Positions 21,995 through 30,854 of a stretch of 64,000 bases of DNA are shown here, piece after piece. The notes beneath the pieces are model-generated. The model did no database searches, was not told the origin of the DNA, and was given only the letters and a program-made list of their open reading frames with translations. The position numbers and the translations under genes were made by a program. Source of the stretch: a virus; the IMG/VR virus record IMGVR_UViG_3300027759_000074, positions 1 through 64,000 of that record. The stretch is one strand, 5' to 3'. How positions within the stretch are numbered: the first letter of the stretch is position 1; every line of letters begins with the position of its first letter.

Positions 21995-22209
21995 TATTTT
22001 TTATCTACTTTCTGAACGTTCCCCGTCGATTTATTAAGTTCATACTCAGGTAATACTTCTTTTCCTATGGGTTTCATTTGATCCCATTCTTTATCTACAG
22101 GCAATTCTTTCTTCCTAAAAATCAAATCAAAGTTTTGTTCATACAGCTCATTGTTTGGTTTACTCTGTAACAGATCTCCTGTTGATTCATTTCTTGCTGT
22201 TCTTTTCAT
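21994..22209 (-). CDS. Hypothetical protein
   Basis: Translationally coupled to neighbours. Confidence 0.5.
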   Translation of the reverse strand: MKRTARNESTGDLLQSKPNNELYEQNFDLIFRKKELPVDKEWDQMKPIGKEVLPEYELNKSTGNVQKVDKK

Positions 22210-22708
22210 AATTTTCCTCCACGTCTTTTAATAATCGATCAAATGTTAATTTATCTTTGTCTTGTAAAAATTCTACGCTAAACATATATCTTGGTTTTTG
22301 AAAATTAATTACCATGTGTTCATGTTGAGTATTATATAAGTAATATGTATTAGGTTTGTAATGTAGTTGCATAAAATTTCTACTCACTTCTTTTTTGTTT
22401 CTCGAAAATAAACTATGACTATATACACTTCCATTAGGTGTTAATAGCATATTAATTCCTACGCCCCGCCTAGTATCTACATGCCAATCGTAACAAGTAT
22501 ATGGATCTAATTTAATAACCCCACCTAAATACTCGTACCTATTTCCTAGCCATTTAAAGAACGGGTCTTGTTCTAATAGGTCGTATGGTAAAGGTTTACC
22601 CGCAAAATTATAATAAGGAAACCAAGCCTCATCATTTTTCGCATATTCTAAAATACTGTCTGCAATGTTAGACTCATGTTTAATTTCCATAAATGAGTAT
22701 GCCATCAT
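22187..22708 (-). CDS. Putative 2OG-Fe(II)/cupin oxygenase
   Basis: WHVD...NTQHEHMV...R (HxD...H); start placed at the ATGA overlap. Confidence 0.5.
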   Translation of the reverse strand: MMAYSFMEIKHESNIADSILEYAKNDEAWFPYYNFAGKPLPYDLLEQDPFFKWLGNRYEYLGGVIKLDPYTCYDWHVDTRRGVGINMLLTPNGSVYSHSLFSRNKKEVSRNFMQLHYKPNTYYLYNTQHEHMVINFQKPRYMFSVEFLQDKDKLTFDRLLKDVEENYEKNSKK

Positions 22709-23157
22709 TTTTCTCCGTATATATAAATTATCCAATTTGCAAATCTAAGTAGTTGTTCAGGTGATGCGCTGTTCTTCATTGTGTTAGCTTTGTGACTAAG
22801 CACCTGTATATTACCTTTAACATATCCTTTATCATTATCTATCCTATCTACCGACGGAGAATGTGGCGACGGCCCCGTTTTCATTCCCTCATTTGTGCCT
22901 ACTAATATAGGTATACCAAGTGCGGGACATAGAATAGGTATATCAATATCTTGCCAATCTAAATTAAACTCCGTTCCCATTCGTTTAGCTCTACTTTTTA
23001 TATTAAGATGTAGACATCTTTCAGGGTTTGCATACCGCCATATTTTAAGTTTCTGTGTAGATTTTGCCTGATGTTTTTGTACATATGCTTTTATTTTGTC
23101 AGGGTTTTTTAATCTCCACGCTTTTTGGTACTCTTTATTATTTTTAGCAGTCGCCAT
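22705..23157 (-). CDS. HNH homing endonuclease
   Basis: CPALG...SPSVDRIDNDKGYVKGNIQVLSHKAN. Confidence 0.8.
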   Translation of the reverse strand: MATAKNNKEYQKAWRLKNPDKIKAYVQKHQAKSTQKLKIWRYANPERCLHLNIKSRAKRMGTEFNLDWQDIDIPILCPALGIPILVGTNEGMKTGPSPHSPSVDRIDNDKGYVKGNIQVLSHKANTMKNSASPEQLLRFANWIIYIYGEK

Positions 23158-25009
23158 AGCTTTCTCCATAGTTAGCTTCGCATGCTACGGGTAATCCTTC
23201 TGCCCATTCAGGTGGTTTTGACATAACCCCCATAATAAAATCTTTAGCGTTATCTGCATCATCTTTTTTAGCTATACAAACTACGGCATCATGTACAGTT
23301 AAAACAGGTCGATACTTCTCATTAATAGTTATCATTTGCTCACCCACAATGATACGGGCTAGGGCTTGAATAACATTCTCTACTACTGAACCACCCCACA
23401 CAGAGATAGTGCCACGTCTAGACTTATAAGTGAACCGACTCTTTGCTTCCGATGTATCATACGTCAGTCCGGGATATTGTATATAAAGCCCATTAGGTAA
23501 TTTAATACCTCTCGATGTTACAAGTAATGCTTTATTCTTATCTAGATAGTAAGGTTCTTTTTGATACGGCCATGAAGATATATCATGTAAGGCTTCGTCA
23601 CATGTGCGCCAAAACTCAATCACTTTATTATTAACTTCGCGGTATACTCTTACTAACCTTTGGCATTCTAGGTCATCGAGCTCTGTATTCGCAGCGATCT
23701 TTAAAGTCTGTTGTAACTTCTGCCACCCTGTACCATACCCTAATCCAAGAATACAAGTTTTACCTACAGCTCGTTCAGTCTTATCTTCCTTAGTAATAGG
23801 TCTATCATAAACTTTACTTGCAAACTCTGAATAAACATCTCGACCTTCTTTATACCATTGAACGACATCATCTTGTCCAGCTATCCATGTAAGTACTCGA
23901 GCTTCAATTTGGGAAGAGTCACAGTTAATAACTACGTGACCACTTGGTGCTATGACTGCATTCTTTAAGGCTTTCTTTTTCTTATCTCGGCTTGGTAAGT
24001 TTTGGAAGTTAACTTTATCCGAGCCTGCCCATCGACCCGTATGTGCGCCGTAATACTTAAGAGGAATAGGCAGCTTGCCCTTATTGCGCGACCCAATTGC
24101 GATAAACCTTTCAATTCTACTCTCCTCTATGGTTGACTTAGTTCCTAATCTAACTGTACAAAGCTGTTGAATAAACGGATCTTCATGTTCCATCAAAGCT
24201 ACGAACCCTTCATCTCCTTTAGCTAAAGCAAAGGTATCCTTACCTGTTGCAGGACTTATTTTAGTAGGTACAACTACCCCTAATTCTTGAAGTATCTCGG
24301 CAAATTGTTTATTAGATGCAAGCTTTGCCCTAACACATTCTTCTGTTTCGCATACAAGTTTAACCATGAGGCCTTGTAATAGCTGTGACTTTTCTAACTT
24401 GACTTCTTCTAGTCGCTCGATCAATAGCCCATCATCAACTTCTAGGACAGGTATAGTATACATACGTAAGGTTAGATCAATGAGTTTTAATTCTTCTTGG
24501 GGGAACATCGGGGACAATACATGAAACAATTTATAGGTAAGTTCGACGTCGTTCTTACAATATGAACCATAACGTTCTAGGTCATCATGGGCAAAATCTT
24601 CTCTACGTTTACCCTTGGCTTCTACTACCTCTGTACCTTTAGCGCCTAACTCATATCGTTCGACAAGGGCGGCTAAGCTACCTCCCGCATCTACGCCATG
24701 AATGGCACGAGCCATACCAAGAGTATCAAAATATATGTGGGGGACAATGTTAAATACGAAAGAAAGGATTCCGCCATCGAATTGGGTATTGTGGCAGAGC
24801 AACATAGAATTGTCCCAATCATAGCTTTGTAACCTAGCTTTAATCTCATCATGAGTGCCTGTATACCAATGAGTATCGCCGTCATCTATCTTTACTCCTA
24901 CTCCGATAACCTCGAAGCGTGGGTCTCTAATATATTCTTCTGTTGTAAGTCCTGAGAGTGAGTAGCCTGTATCATAAAATGTTTCAAAATCAAGCGTTAG
25001 AAGTTGCAT
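23144..25009 (-). CDS. polA: DNA polymerase family A with 3'-5' exonuclease
   Basis: LDFET, HNTQFD, DSSQIEAR (motif A), KTCILGLGYG (motif B), VHD (motif C). Confidence 0.92.
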   Translation of the reverse strand: MQLLTLDFETFYDTGYSLSGLTTEEYIRDPRFEVIGVGVKIDDGDTHWYTGTHDEIKARLQSYDWDNSMLLCHNTQFDGGILSFVFNIVPHIYFDTLGMARAIHGVDAGGSLAALVERYELGAKGTEVVEAKGKRREDFAHDDLERYGSYCKNDVELTYKLFHVLSPMFPQEELKLIDLTLRMYTIPVLEVDDGLLIERLEEVKLEKSQLLQGLMVKLVCETEECVRAKLASNKQFAEILQELGVVVPTKISPATGKDTFALAKGDEGFVALMEHEDPFIQQLCTVRLGTKSTIEESRIERFIAIGSRNKGKLPIPLKYYGAHTGRWAGSDKVNFQNLPSRDKKKKALKNAVIAPSGHVVINCDSSQIEARVLTWIAGQDDVVQWYKEGRDVYSEFASKVYDRPITKEDKTERAVGKTCILGLGYGTGWQKLQQTLKIAANTELDDLECQRLVRVYREVNNKVIEFWRTCDEALHDISSWPYQKEPYYLDKNKALLVTSRGIKLPNGLYIQYPGLTYDTSEAKSRFTYKSRRGTISVWGGSVVENVIQALARIIVGEQMITINEKYRPVLTVHDAVVCIAKKDDADNAKDFIMGVMSKPPEWAEGLPVACEANYGESYGDC

Positions 25010-25026
25010 ATTGTCCTTAAAATTGG

Positions 25027-25095
25027 TGGGTTACTTGCGGTTTATATAATTGCAAAAATACCATTTTAAACATATAAATAAAGTGCTTTCACCCA
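25027..25095 (-). ncRNA. Candidate structured leader RNA with loop-E-like motif
   Basis: UGGGU-GAAA-GC ... GC-AAGUA-ACCCA with an inner AU stem, just upstream of the pol RBS. Confidence 0.45.
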
Positions 25096-25119
25096 TTGCG
25101 TTTACTGCAAATTACTTAT

Positions 25120-25314
25120 TTACTTTGCGTGTCGTGCAAATTCATCTCGGCAGTCTGTTGAGCACCACCTTCTTGTATCGGGAACGTCTTCACCACACCA
25201 CGTACACTTGCCCGAAAGGTTCGGGGCCACTTTAGCTTCCGCTGCAGCGTTTTTAATTGCAATATCAGTGATGACTTCCATGTATTCATTGGCTCTGTCT
25301 ATTTCGTCTGCCAT
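25120..25314 (-). CDS. TraR/DksA-like zinc-finger protein
   Basis: N-terminal DEIDRA (DxxDxA) plus CxxC...CxxxC. Confidence 0.65.
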   Translation of the reverse strand: MADEIDRANEYMEVITDIAIKNAAAEAKVAPNLSGKCTWCGEDVPDTRRWCSTDCRDEFARHAK

Positions 25315-25564
25315 ATTTTGTACCTAATTCTTTTCCCATAATTTGAAAATTTTGTGACCATTTATTATTAGCGCTTCTCTTTTTGGGAAGTGTGACCTTA
25401 CCCGCTTGTTCTAATCCAACTATTCTATCATAAGAGCTATTGATATTGTCTAGAAGTTTAGACCTTGATATGTTAGGAAACTTTTCTATGCACTCATTAA
25501 TTTTTACTACTAATTCTTCATCTGTTAATTTTTTGTATGCAGGTGTTACGCTCATATTAAACAT
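25286..25564 (-). CDS. Hypothetical protein
   Basis: ORF in a coupled operon. Confidence 0.5.
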   Translation of the reverse strand: MFNMSVTPAYKKLTDEELVVKINECIEKFPNISRSKLLDNINSSYDRIVGLEQAGKVTLPKKRSANNKWSQNFQIMGKELGTKYGRRNRQSQ

Positions 25565-25734
25565 TCTCCGACTAATTCAAATAAATCCTCTTTAACTTGA
25601 GGTTCTTGTTCTAAGGTTATTATTGTAACATCTTTGTGTGTATCTCTATACCATTTAGCTTCACGGCGTGACCATCTATACTTGCGGACGATCTCTCCGT
25701 CTTCAACTAAAGCGTGAGTAAAAGGTAAAGACAT
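25552..25734 (-). CDS. Hypothetical protein
   Basis: AGGAGGAG RBS upstream. Confidence 0.55.
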   Translation of the reverse strand: MSLPFTHALVEDGEIVRKYRWSRREAKWYRDTHKDVTIITLEQEPQVKEDLFELVGECLI

Positions 25735-25785
25735 TTAATTACTCCTCCTATAAAACACAATGTTGTAAATACTATTATGCCGATT

Positions 25786-25794
25786 ATTATAGCA
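25786..25794 (-). promoter_or_regulatory. Extended -10 promoter (TGcTATAAT)
   Basis: Perfect extended -10 in the intergenic gap upstream of the replication genes. Confidence 0.5.
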
Positions 25795-25801
25795 TCAAAT
25801 T

Positions 25802-26017
25802 TCATTGTAGTGTAGGTTTCTCGACGGGTTCAAATGCTTGTAATGTTTCCATGAGGTCTTTGAAGTTTTCCTCTGAGCCACTAATCTCGTTAAACAAGTA
25901 TAGCCTCGCATTGATGACAGCACTTAACTCTAACGGCGTTATATTATATCGTTCAACTTCGTTAATTAAAAAGTCATCTACTTTGTTACTCAATTCTGCT
26001 ATCTCTAAGTCGTCCAT
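25802..26017 (-). CDS. Hypothetical protein
   Basis: Coupled ORF with RBS. Confidence 0.5.
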   Translation of the reverse strand: MDDLEIAELSNKVDDFLINEVERYNITPLELSAVINARLYLFNEISGSEENFKDLMETLQAFEPVEKPTLQ

Positions 26018-26268
26018 TATAAGCCTCCTTCGGCTTCGGTTAATCGCTTACTATTATACTTTTTATTCTTTGATAAGCTGTGCGTATACTTTTGAAACTC
26101 TTTTTGTCCCATAAAATCTTCTAACACTAACTTGTATGCTTCGTTTAAATTAACTTCTTCATCAAATCCTAACGGCGCGTCTTTTAATAGAAGTTCATAT
26201 TGTTCTTTTAATACTGCCACTATAATTGGTTCTGCTATTTCGTAATCAATGTCAAGCGTTATCTTCAT
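26017..26268 (-). CDS. Hypothetical protein
   Basis: Coupled ORF with RBS. Confidence 0.5.
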   Translation of the reverse strand: MKITLDIDYEIAEPIIVAVLKEQYELLLKDAPLGFDEEVNLNEAYKLVLEDFMGQKEFQKYTHSLSKNKKYNSKRLTEAEGGL

Positions 26269-26596
26269 CTTCTATCTCCTCATCTTTAGTTTTAAGATTT
26301 AATACTCGTCCGTCTTTTTTAATTCTATCTTTGAGCTTTTGTCTTAGTGAGTGTACATTCCATTCAAGTAACCAACAGGATATATGAAGTATCGGACTAT
26401 CTGACATAAACCAATCTAATGTATCAAGGGGGTATCCTTCTTTTAACTCAAAGTCAAGATCCTCTAACGCTTGGATAAATATTGCGGTAATGAGTCTACC
26501 CTCTGGCGTTCCGATTAACCCCGTTGAGTTTTGATCTAACGTTTTATCAATTGATGGTATAGCAATAACATTGTTATACTTACCTATGATGTTCAT
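26252..26596 (-). CDS. Hypothetical protein
   Basis: PEGRLITAIFIQALED; start reassigned to the ATG after GAGG. Confidence 0.5.
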   Translation of the reverse strand: MNIIGKYNNVIAIPSIDKTLDQNSTGLIGTPEGRLITAIFIQALEDLDFELKEGYPLDTLDWFMSDSPILHISCWLLEWNVHSLRQKLKDRIKKDGRVLNLKTKDEEIEDEDNA

Positions 26597-26604
26597 TTTA
26601 ACCT

Positions 26605-26952
26605 CTAATAAAAAATGTGATTCTGAATTGTAACACGAGGTTTCATTTTCCACCTAGGGTTTACTGAAAAGTTATGGAAGTGGGTTGACCCTTTAGAATA
26701 GTCGGGCTCTAACTTATACATGACCCGCCATGCAAGTAAATAATATGGTTTGAGCTCGGCTTTCTGAGGGGGCTTTCGCTTGCCATACCAAGAAAACTGT
26801 GCTGGTCTCGCCATCTCTGAGCAAATACGCTCGGGTTTAAATTCTGCTCTACGCATCAATACGTAACCTACGGCGACCTGACCTTGATGGTTTTCGCCGC
26901 GGGCTTCCATAAAAATAGTTTGAGCTAAACAGGCTAACGCTTGATCTATCAT
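26605..26952 (-). CDS. SleB-like cell-wall hydrolase (Hydrolase_2)
   Basis: CLAQTIFMEARGE..GQVAV, QFSW, THFH, NHIFY. Confidence 0.85.
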   Translation of the reverse strand: MIDQALACLAQTIFMEARGENHQGQVAVGYVLMRRAEFKPERICSEMARPAQFSWYGKRKPPQKAELKPYYLLAWRVMYKLEPDYSKGSTHFHNFSVNPRWKMKPRVTIQNHIFY

Positions 26953-26991
26953 CTAGACCTCCTTTTAAGCAACTGGCTTCAGTTATTTAAT

Positions 26992-27249
26992 TTATTTTGA
27001 CTCGAGATAGTTCTTGAGTTCGTTGGCGTACCAAGCAATTTTGCCTGCGTCTTCAATGGGGTTACCTTTGAGTCCGAGACGGCTTGAGTACTTGAGAAGA
27101 TTTCCTTTGATATACCCACAATATTCTTCTGTGGATAGTTTTGCTTTAATAAAACTAATTGTTTCGATGCCACCCGTAGTATAGTGTGGCGGGCTATTTA
27201 CCATATCAGGTGTACTTTTAATAGCTTCAAATTCTTCCGCTAATGTCAT
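26992..27249 (-). CDS. DUF3310 family protein
   Basis: VNSPPHYT..GIETI..GNLLKY..R..KG..ED..K..WY. Confidence 0.8.
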   Translation of the reverse strand: MTLAEEFEAIKSTPDMVNSPPHYTTGGIETISFIKAKLSTEEYCGYIKGNLLKYSSRLGLKGNPIEDAGKIAWYANELKNYLESK

Positions 27250-27539
27250 ACTAACTCCTTTATTGTTGTCAATAATGTGCTTATATTACTCTCATTTACC
27301 ACGATTGTATATCCTCCAGCGGTTCTAATGCGTTTCATGTTGTTTTCTTGCAAAAAAGTGGGTACATTCTTCCCCGATTTGCACTCAATACCTATAAACA
27401 TACCACTATAACACGCGATAATGTCGGGTACTCCACTATGTCCATACCCTGTCATCATAGGAGAAAAGTGGTATGCTCCTAAGTCATCGAGTATCTTTTT
27501 AACTTGTTTCTTTACCTTACCTTCGGGTGTTGTTGCCAT
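27246..27539 (-). CDS. VRR-NUC nuclease
   Basis: TPEGKVK..GVPDI..IECK..LQ; start reassigned to MATTPEG. Confidence 0.8.
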   Translation of the reverse strand: MATTPEGKVKKQVKKILDDLGAYHFSPMMTGYGHSGVPDIIACYSGMFIGIECKSGKNVPTFLQENNMKRIRTAGGYTIVVNESNISTLLTTIKELV

Positions 27540-27660
27540 CGTTTGCCTTTTGTGTTTGCTCTGTTTGTTGTGGGGGTTCTGATTTAGGGCTTGGCATATA
27601 TACACTTACCCATACCGCAACATATATAGCTGTTATCCATGCGATTGCATCCATCTTCAT
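27517..27660 (-). CDS. Small membrane-anchored protein (47 aa, not in track)
   Basis: AAGGAG RBS; MKMDAIAWITAIYVAVWVSV. Confidence 0.5.
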   Translation of the reverse strand: MKMDAIAWITAIYVAVWVSVYMPSPKSEPPQQTEQTQKANDGNNTRR

Positions 27661-27664
27661 CTCC

Positions 27665-28048
27665 TTAATCACCAAATTTTTTATAATAGACCTCGCCTTT
27701 TTTACGACGAGGTTGTTTGTCTTCGAGCTTGTGTTTAGTCACGCCCTTAATAACAAAGTCGGGCATCGGATGAAATAAATCTTGTAGAAAGCATCGCTCT
27801 ATTTTGTAATAGTGCATACGTCCACTAATAATTTTACCCGATAACTGCCCCGATCTGTGCAAGAACGACATCAAGTTCGAGACACTCTTTAACTCAATGC
27901 CTAATTTATCTGATATATCTTTAGATGAATACTGTTCCTCATCTGTAAAGAACGCCAAAATAATATCATATAGTTCAAATTGAGTTACGCTTTTCCCGTT
28001 GACTTGGTAATGCCTAACAATATCTGTCGCTCTCTTTTCTCTCATCAA
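27665..28048 (-). CDS. Winged-HTH-like protein
   Basis: SSKDISDKLGIELKSVSNLMSFLHRSG. Confidence 0.45.
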   Translation of the reverse strand: MMREKRATDIVRHYQVNGKSVTQFELYDIILAFFTDEEQYSSKDISDKLGIELKSVSNLMSFLHRSGQLSGKIISGRMHYYKIERCFLQDLFHPMPDFVIKGVTKHKLEDKQPRRKKGEVYYKKFGD

Positions 28049-28332
28049 TGTCCTACCTTATCTAACTTAGTGAGCATATAAAGATCAGCCCAATGTAAGT
28101 CATCGTTAAGGTACTCGTCTCTATATGTAATGACGCTTGCATCATAAATACCCACAAGCTTTCGATAAACATTCTTATCTGTCGTGCCTAACTCATCACC
28201 TACTTTCTTTGCCATGAAGCTCTTACCACTATAATATAATTCGATGCGACTATCTTTGGTAGGGTTATTAGATTCAAATGCTTGATGTATCCTAGTACTA
28301 ATGCGTTTAAAATCTTTATGTACATTATCCAT
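28045..28332 (-). CDS. Hypothetical early protein
   Basis: AGGAG RBS. Confidence 0.55.
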   Translation of the reverse strand: MDNVHKDFKRISTRIHQAFESNNPTKDSRIELYYSGKSFMAKKVGDELGTTDKNVYRKLVGIYDASVITYRDEYLNDDLHWADLYMLTKLDKVGH

Positions 28333-28346
28333 TATATCTCCTTTAA

Positions 28347-28628
28347 TTAATCTTCACACGATCCACCGATACAAGCTCGGCTCGTGATCTCGTTTTCAAG
28401 TTCTTCCATAGCATCGCGTACAGCATACGACTCTGCATCTTCTTTAAGTCTCGCGTACGGGCTATGATCTACTTCTTTTGACCATACTTTAATGATCATG
28501 CCTTTCTCTCTCATGTGCTCTGCAATCTGCGTTGAGATATAGTCGGTAGGTTCTACCCCCCATGACTCGACAACTTTATACTCGTCATCATTTAATTTTA
28601 ACTCTGCTACTATAATAAATTTAATCAT
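28347..28628 (-). CDS. Hypothetical early protein
   Basis: RBS; C-terminal ACIGGSCED. Confidence 0.55.
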   Translation of the reverse strand: MIKFIIVAELKLNDDEYKVVESWGVEPTDYISTQIAEHMREKGMIIKVWSKEVDHSPYARLKEDAESYAVRDAMEELENEITSRACIGGSCED

Positions 28629-28637
28629 GTCCTCTCC

Positions 28638-28871
28638 TTAATGTATCCAAAAACTAATTAATAATCCTACTACTACCCATACACCTGCTTCAATCGGATT
28701 AATACGTTTGATATGAACCCATGCGTCTGCACCTAGATGATCTTTTTTCTCAGGTATTGGAGTTCCTAATCTTTTACTAATTCTTTTCGCAGCTCTTTTT
28801 CTCATGCGTTGATAGTCGTGATTAATTTCGTTCAGCTTTCTATCAATACTTATGTTTTGTTTAAATGCCAT
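28638..28871 (-). CDS. Hypothetical protein with C-terminal TM helix
   Basis: RBS; hydrophobic tail. Confidence 0.55.
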   Translation of the reverse strand: MAFKQNISIDRKLNEINHDYQRMRKRAAKRISKRLGTPIPEKKDHLGADAWVHIKRINPIEAGVWVVVGLLISFWIH

Positions 28872-28880
28872 ACTTATCTC

Positions 28881-29177
28881 CTAGTTTGTTGTATTAGTTT
28901 TAAGAATTGTTTCGCTAGTCTTATCTGTGCTCTGAGTTTCATTTGCGTTTGCTTTCTCCTGTTCAAATTTTCTTAATGATTCGATGTATTGATTAGTGGC
29001 AAAGTTTAAACCTCGTATTACACCAATCCTCATCGCTGTATAAAACATCTCTGCATCCTTTTCTTTTCGCTCTCGCTTATGTACGTCAACGTACTGATAG
29101 TATTCAGCTACGGCTACTTCGATAATGTCTTCTTCAAACTTTCGTTTCTTTTCTTCGTTCTTCTGATGTTGGGTCAT
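28881..29177 (-). CDS. Hypothetical early protein
   Basis: GGAGG RBS. Confidence 0.55.
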   Translation of the reverse strand: MTQHQKNEEKKRKFEEDIIEVAVAEYYQYVDVHKRERKEKDAEMFYTAMRIGVIRGLNFATNQYIESLRKFEQEKANANETQSTDKTSETILKTNTTN

Positions 29178-29341
29178 TCGTATATCCTCCCTACTCCTTC
29201 AAAAATTCCAACTAAATCGTTGGGTTTAAAATCGTTCTTGTTATATGAGAACGGCATCTTTTTTCCATTAGCGTGTTTAACATAGCCTGTCACTATGACT
29301 TGCTCCACGATAATCTGTTTCTGTTTCTCTTTAGTAGTCAT
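29174..29341 (-). CDS. Hypothetical protein (55 aa, not in track)
   Basis: MTTKEKQKQ...GRIYE; ATGA-coupled to the next gene. Confidence 0.5.
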   Translation of the reverse strand: MTTKEKQKQIIVEQVIVTGYVKHANGKKMPFSYNKNDFKPNDLVGIFEGVGRIYE

Positions 29342-29567
29342 GGCTTTTGTGTTCGTCCTCCCTTTGTTGTTTTAATAAGTATTCATCTGTTTGTGACATC
29401 GGCGCGTCGTAAACTTTGGGTGGCGTAGGTTTATGGTAGTCTTTAATTTCAAACCCTGTCATAAAATGGTTCTCACCACAACAACTCCCTTTCCACTCGG
29501 GTACGGCATCATAGCAATACACGCAATAAGTCACATCATCTTCTAAATCATCATAGTCATCACTCAT
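29331..29567 (-). CDS. Small Cys/His zinc-binding protein
   Basis: YCVYC...CCGENHF. Confidence 0.55.
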   Translation of the reverse strand: MSDDYDDLEDDVTYCVYCYDAVPEWKGSCCGENHFMTGFEIKDYHKPTPPKVYDAPMSQTDEYLLKQQREDEHKSHDY

Positions 29568-29719
29568 ACTGTTTCCTTGTCTTGTTTAACATCGCTTGAT
29601 TGCTTACGCCATGCTTTAATTAACGCAAAGCGTTTAGCTTCGAGTTCTGTTCTAGGCGTCGCCCATTGGTAATAGTTATATTTAAAGTAGTCTTGTATCT
29701 TATCATTATTCGTTTTCAT
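29564..29719 (-). CDS. Hypothetical early protein
   Basis: Start reassigned to MKTNNDK. Confidence 0.45.
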   Translation of the reverse strand: MKTNNDKIQDYFKYNYYQWATPRTELEAKRFALIKAWRKQSSDVKQDKETV

Positions 29720-29966
29720 ACACCACCCCGTCTGCATCATCAAAACGTTTGTCATCGCTTGGTTCATCATAGTACGGCTCGATGTTTAATAGGTGACAGA
29801 TGTCATTATAAGTAGCTACCCCACCGCTTGACATTCGTTGGCAGTCCCACCCTAAGTCTAAAACTAAGTTCGTTAGCTTTTTGTCTAAGGCTTTGCTCTC
29901 ATCTTTGAGCGTAGCGATTTTGTTTGTTGCATCGATGTATAGTTCGTTTAATTCGTCGTAAGTCAT
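29706..29966 (-). CDS. Hypothetical early protein
   Basis: AAGGAG RBS. Confidence 0.55.
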   Translation of the reverse strand: MTYDELNELYIDATNKIATLKDESKALDKKLTNLVLDLGWDCQRMSSGGVATYNDICHLLNIEPYYDEPSDDKRFDDADGVVYENE

Positions 29967-30085
29967 GATGTCTCCTTATAGTCATCAACTTCAAATCTTA
30001 ATAGCCGTGTACCTTCAAAAATTTCAACTATCTCAAAATCAAATCCCGCTTTAACTAATGCCTCATACAATTCTTCTGCTGTCAT
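29963..30085 (-). CDS. Hypothetical protein (40 aa, not in track)
   Basis: MTAEELYEAL...; ATGA overlaps at both ends. Confidence 0.5.
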   Translation of the reverse strand: MTAEELYEALVKAGFDFEIVEIFEGTRLLRFEVDDYKETS

Positions 30086-30339
30086 GCCACCACTCCTTTC
30101 AATGCTTGTCTAAGTTCTGCTTTTAACTCAGGTGACGTCGATGATAGTATGGGGGCTATCATATACTTGATCGCTTTCTTAACGTCGTACTCAAACTCAT
30201 GCCAGTCGCGGTCTATCGTATCATTAGTAAACTTTTTCTTTGTGTACCCTGTGCCGTCATGTACCACAACGATTGACCACTTGCGACTACGTTGTAGTTC
30301 AAGGATAATGTTTCTGTTATGGTTTCTTAATACTCTCAT
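30082..30339 (-). CDS. Hypothetical early protein
   Basis: AAGGAG RBS, coupled. Confidence 0.55.
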   Translation of the reverse strand: MRVLRNHNRNIILELQRSRKWSIVVVHDGTGYTKKKFTNDTIDRDWHEFEYDVKKAIKYMIAPILSSTSPELKAELRQALKGVVA

Positions 30340-30521
30340 GCTAGTCTCCTTATAATCTCTGTGTTATCTTCGTCACAGCCCTCGTACGTTAAGTCAAGTA
30401 TTGATGACGGGTTTTTCTCTAACGCTTTCTCGTATGCGTCGTCTTGATTATCAGCGTTCACTACAACTTCGTGTGAATATAAAAATCTAAATGTATAAGT
30501 ATTGTCTATCTTTGGTTTCAT
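30336..30521 (-). CDS. Hypothetical early protein
   Basis: VVVNADNQDDAYEKA motif; GAGG RBS. Confidence 0.55.
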   Translation of the reverse strand: MKPKIDNTYTFRFLYSHEVVVNADNQDDAYEKALEKNPSSILDLTYEGCDEDNTEIIRRLA

Positions 30522-30523
30522 AC

Positions 30524-30812
30524 AATCCTCGCGGTCTAAATAGTTAATAATGTTTATTACGAATTATTATTAGAGCATACTTTTTGGACTTTGTGTAAAT
30601 TATTTTAATGTTTTTTATCATTTGTGAGACATTTTTTAAATCAAGCGACCCTCTTTGATAAGCAAAACTTATCAATCCTCACGTTAAAACTATAAAGTCT
30701 CGCGTCCTAATTATATAAACCCACTCCTATCGAGCCTACTATGCGTCTCATGGCGACCCCGTTTAAACCCCTCTCCCCAAAGTCTCGCGTTCTAACTAAG
30801 GCTCACGTCCTC
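30524..30812. repeat. Five dispersed CTCRCG-core repeats
   Basis: Copies at about 30524, 30674, 30694, 30780, 30800; AAAGTCTCGCGTYCTAA occurs twice. Confidence 0.6.
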
Positions 30813-30828
30813 TATAGCAACTGGTTTC

Positions 30829-30854
30829 AAAAAACTAAGGGTGGGCTTAGTTTT
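30829..30854. terminator. Hairpin, possible terminator
   Basis: AAAACTAAG-ggtggg-CTTAGTTTT. Confidence 0.4.
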
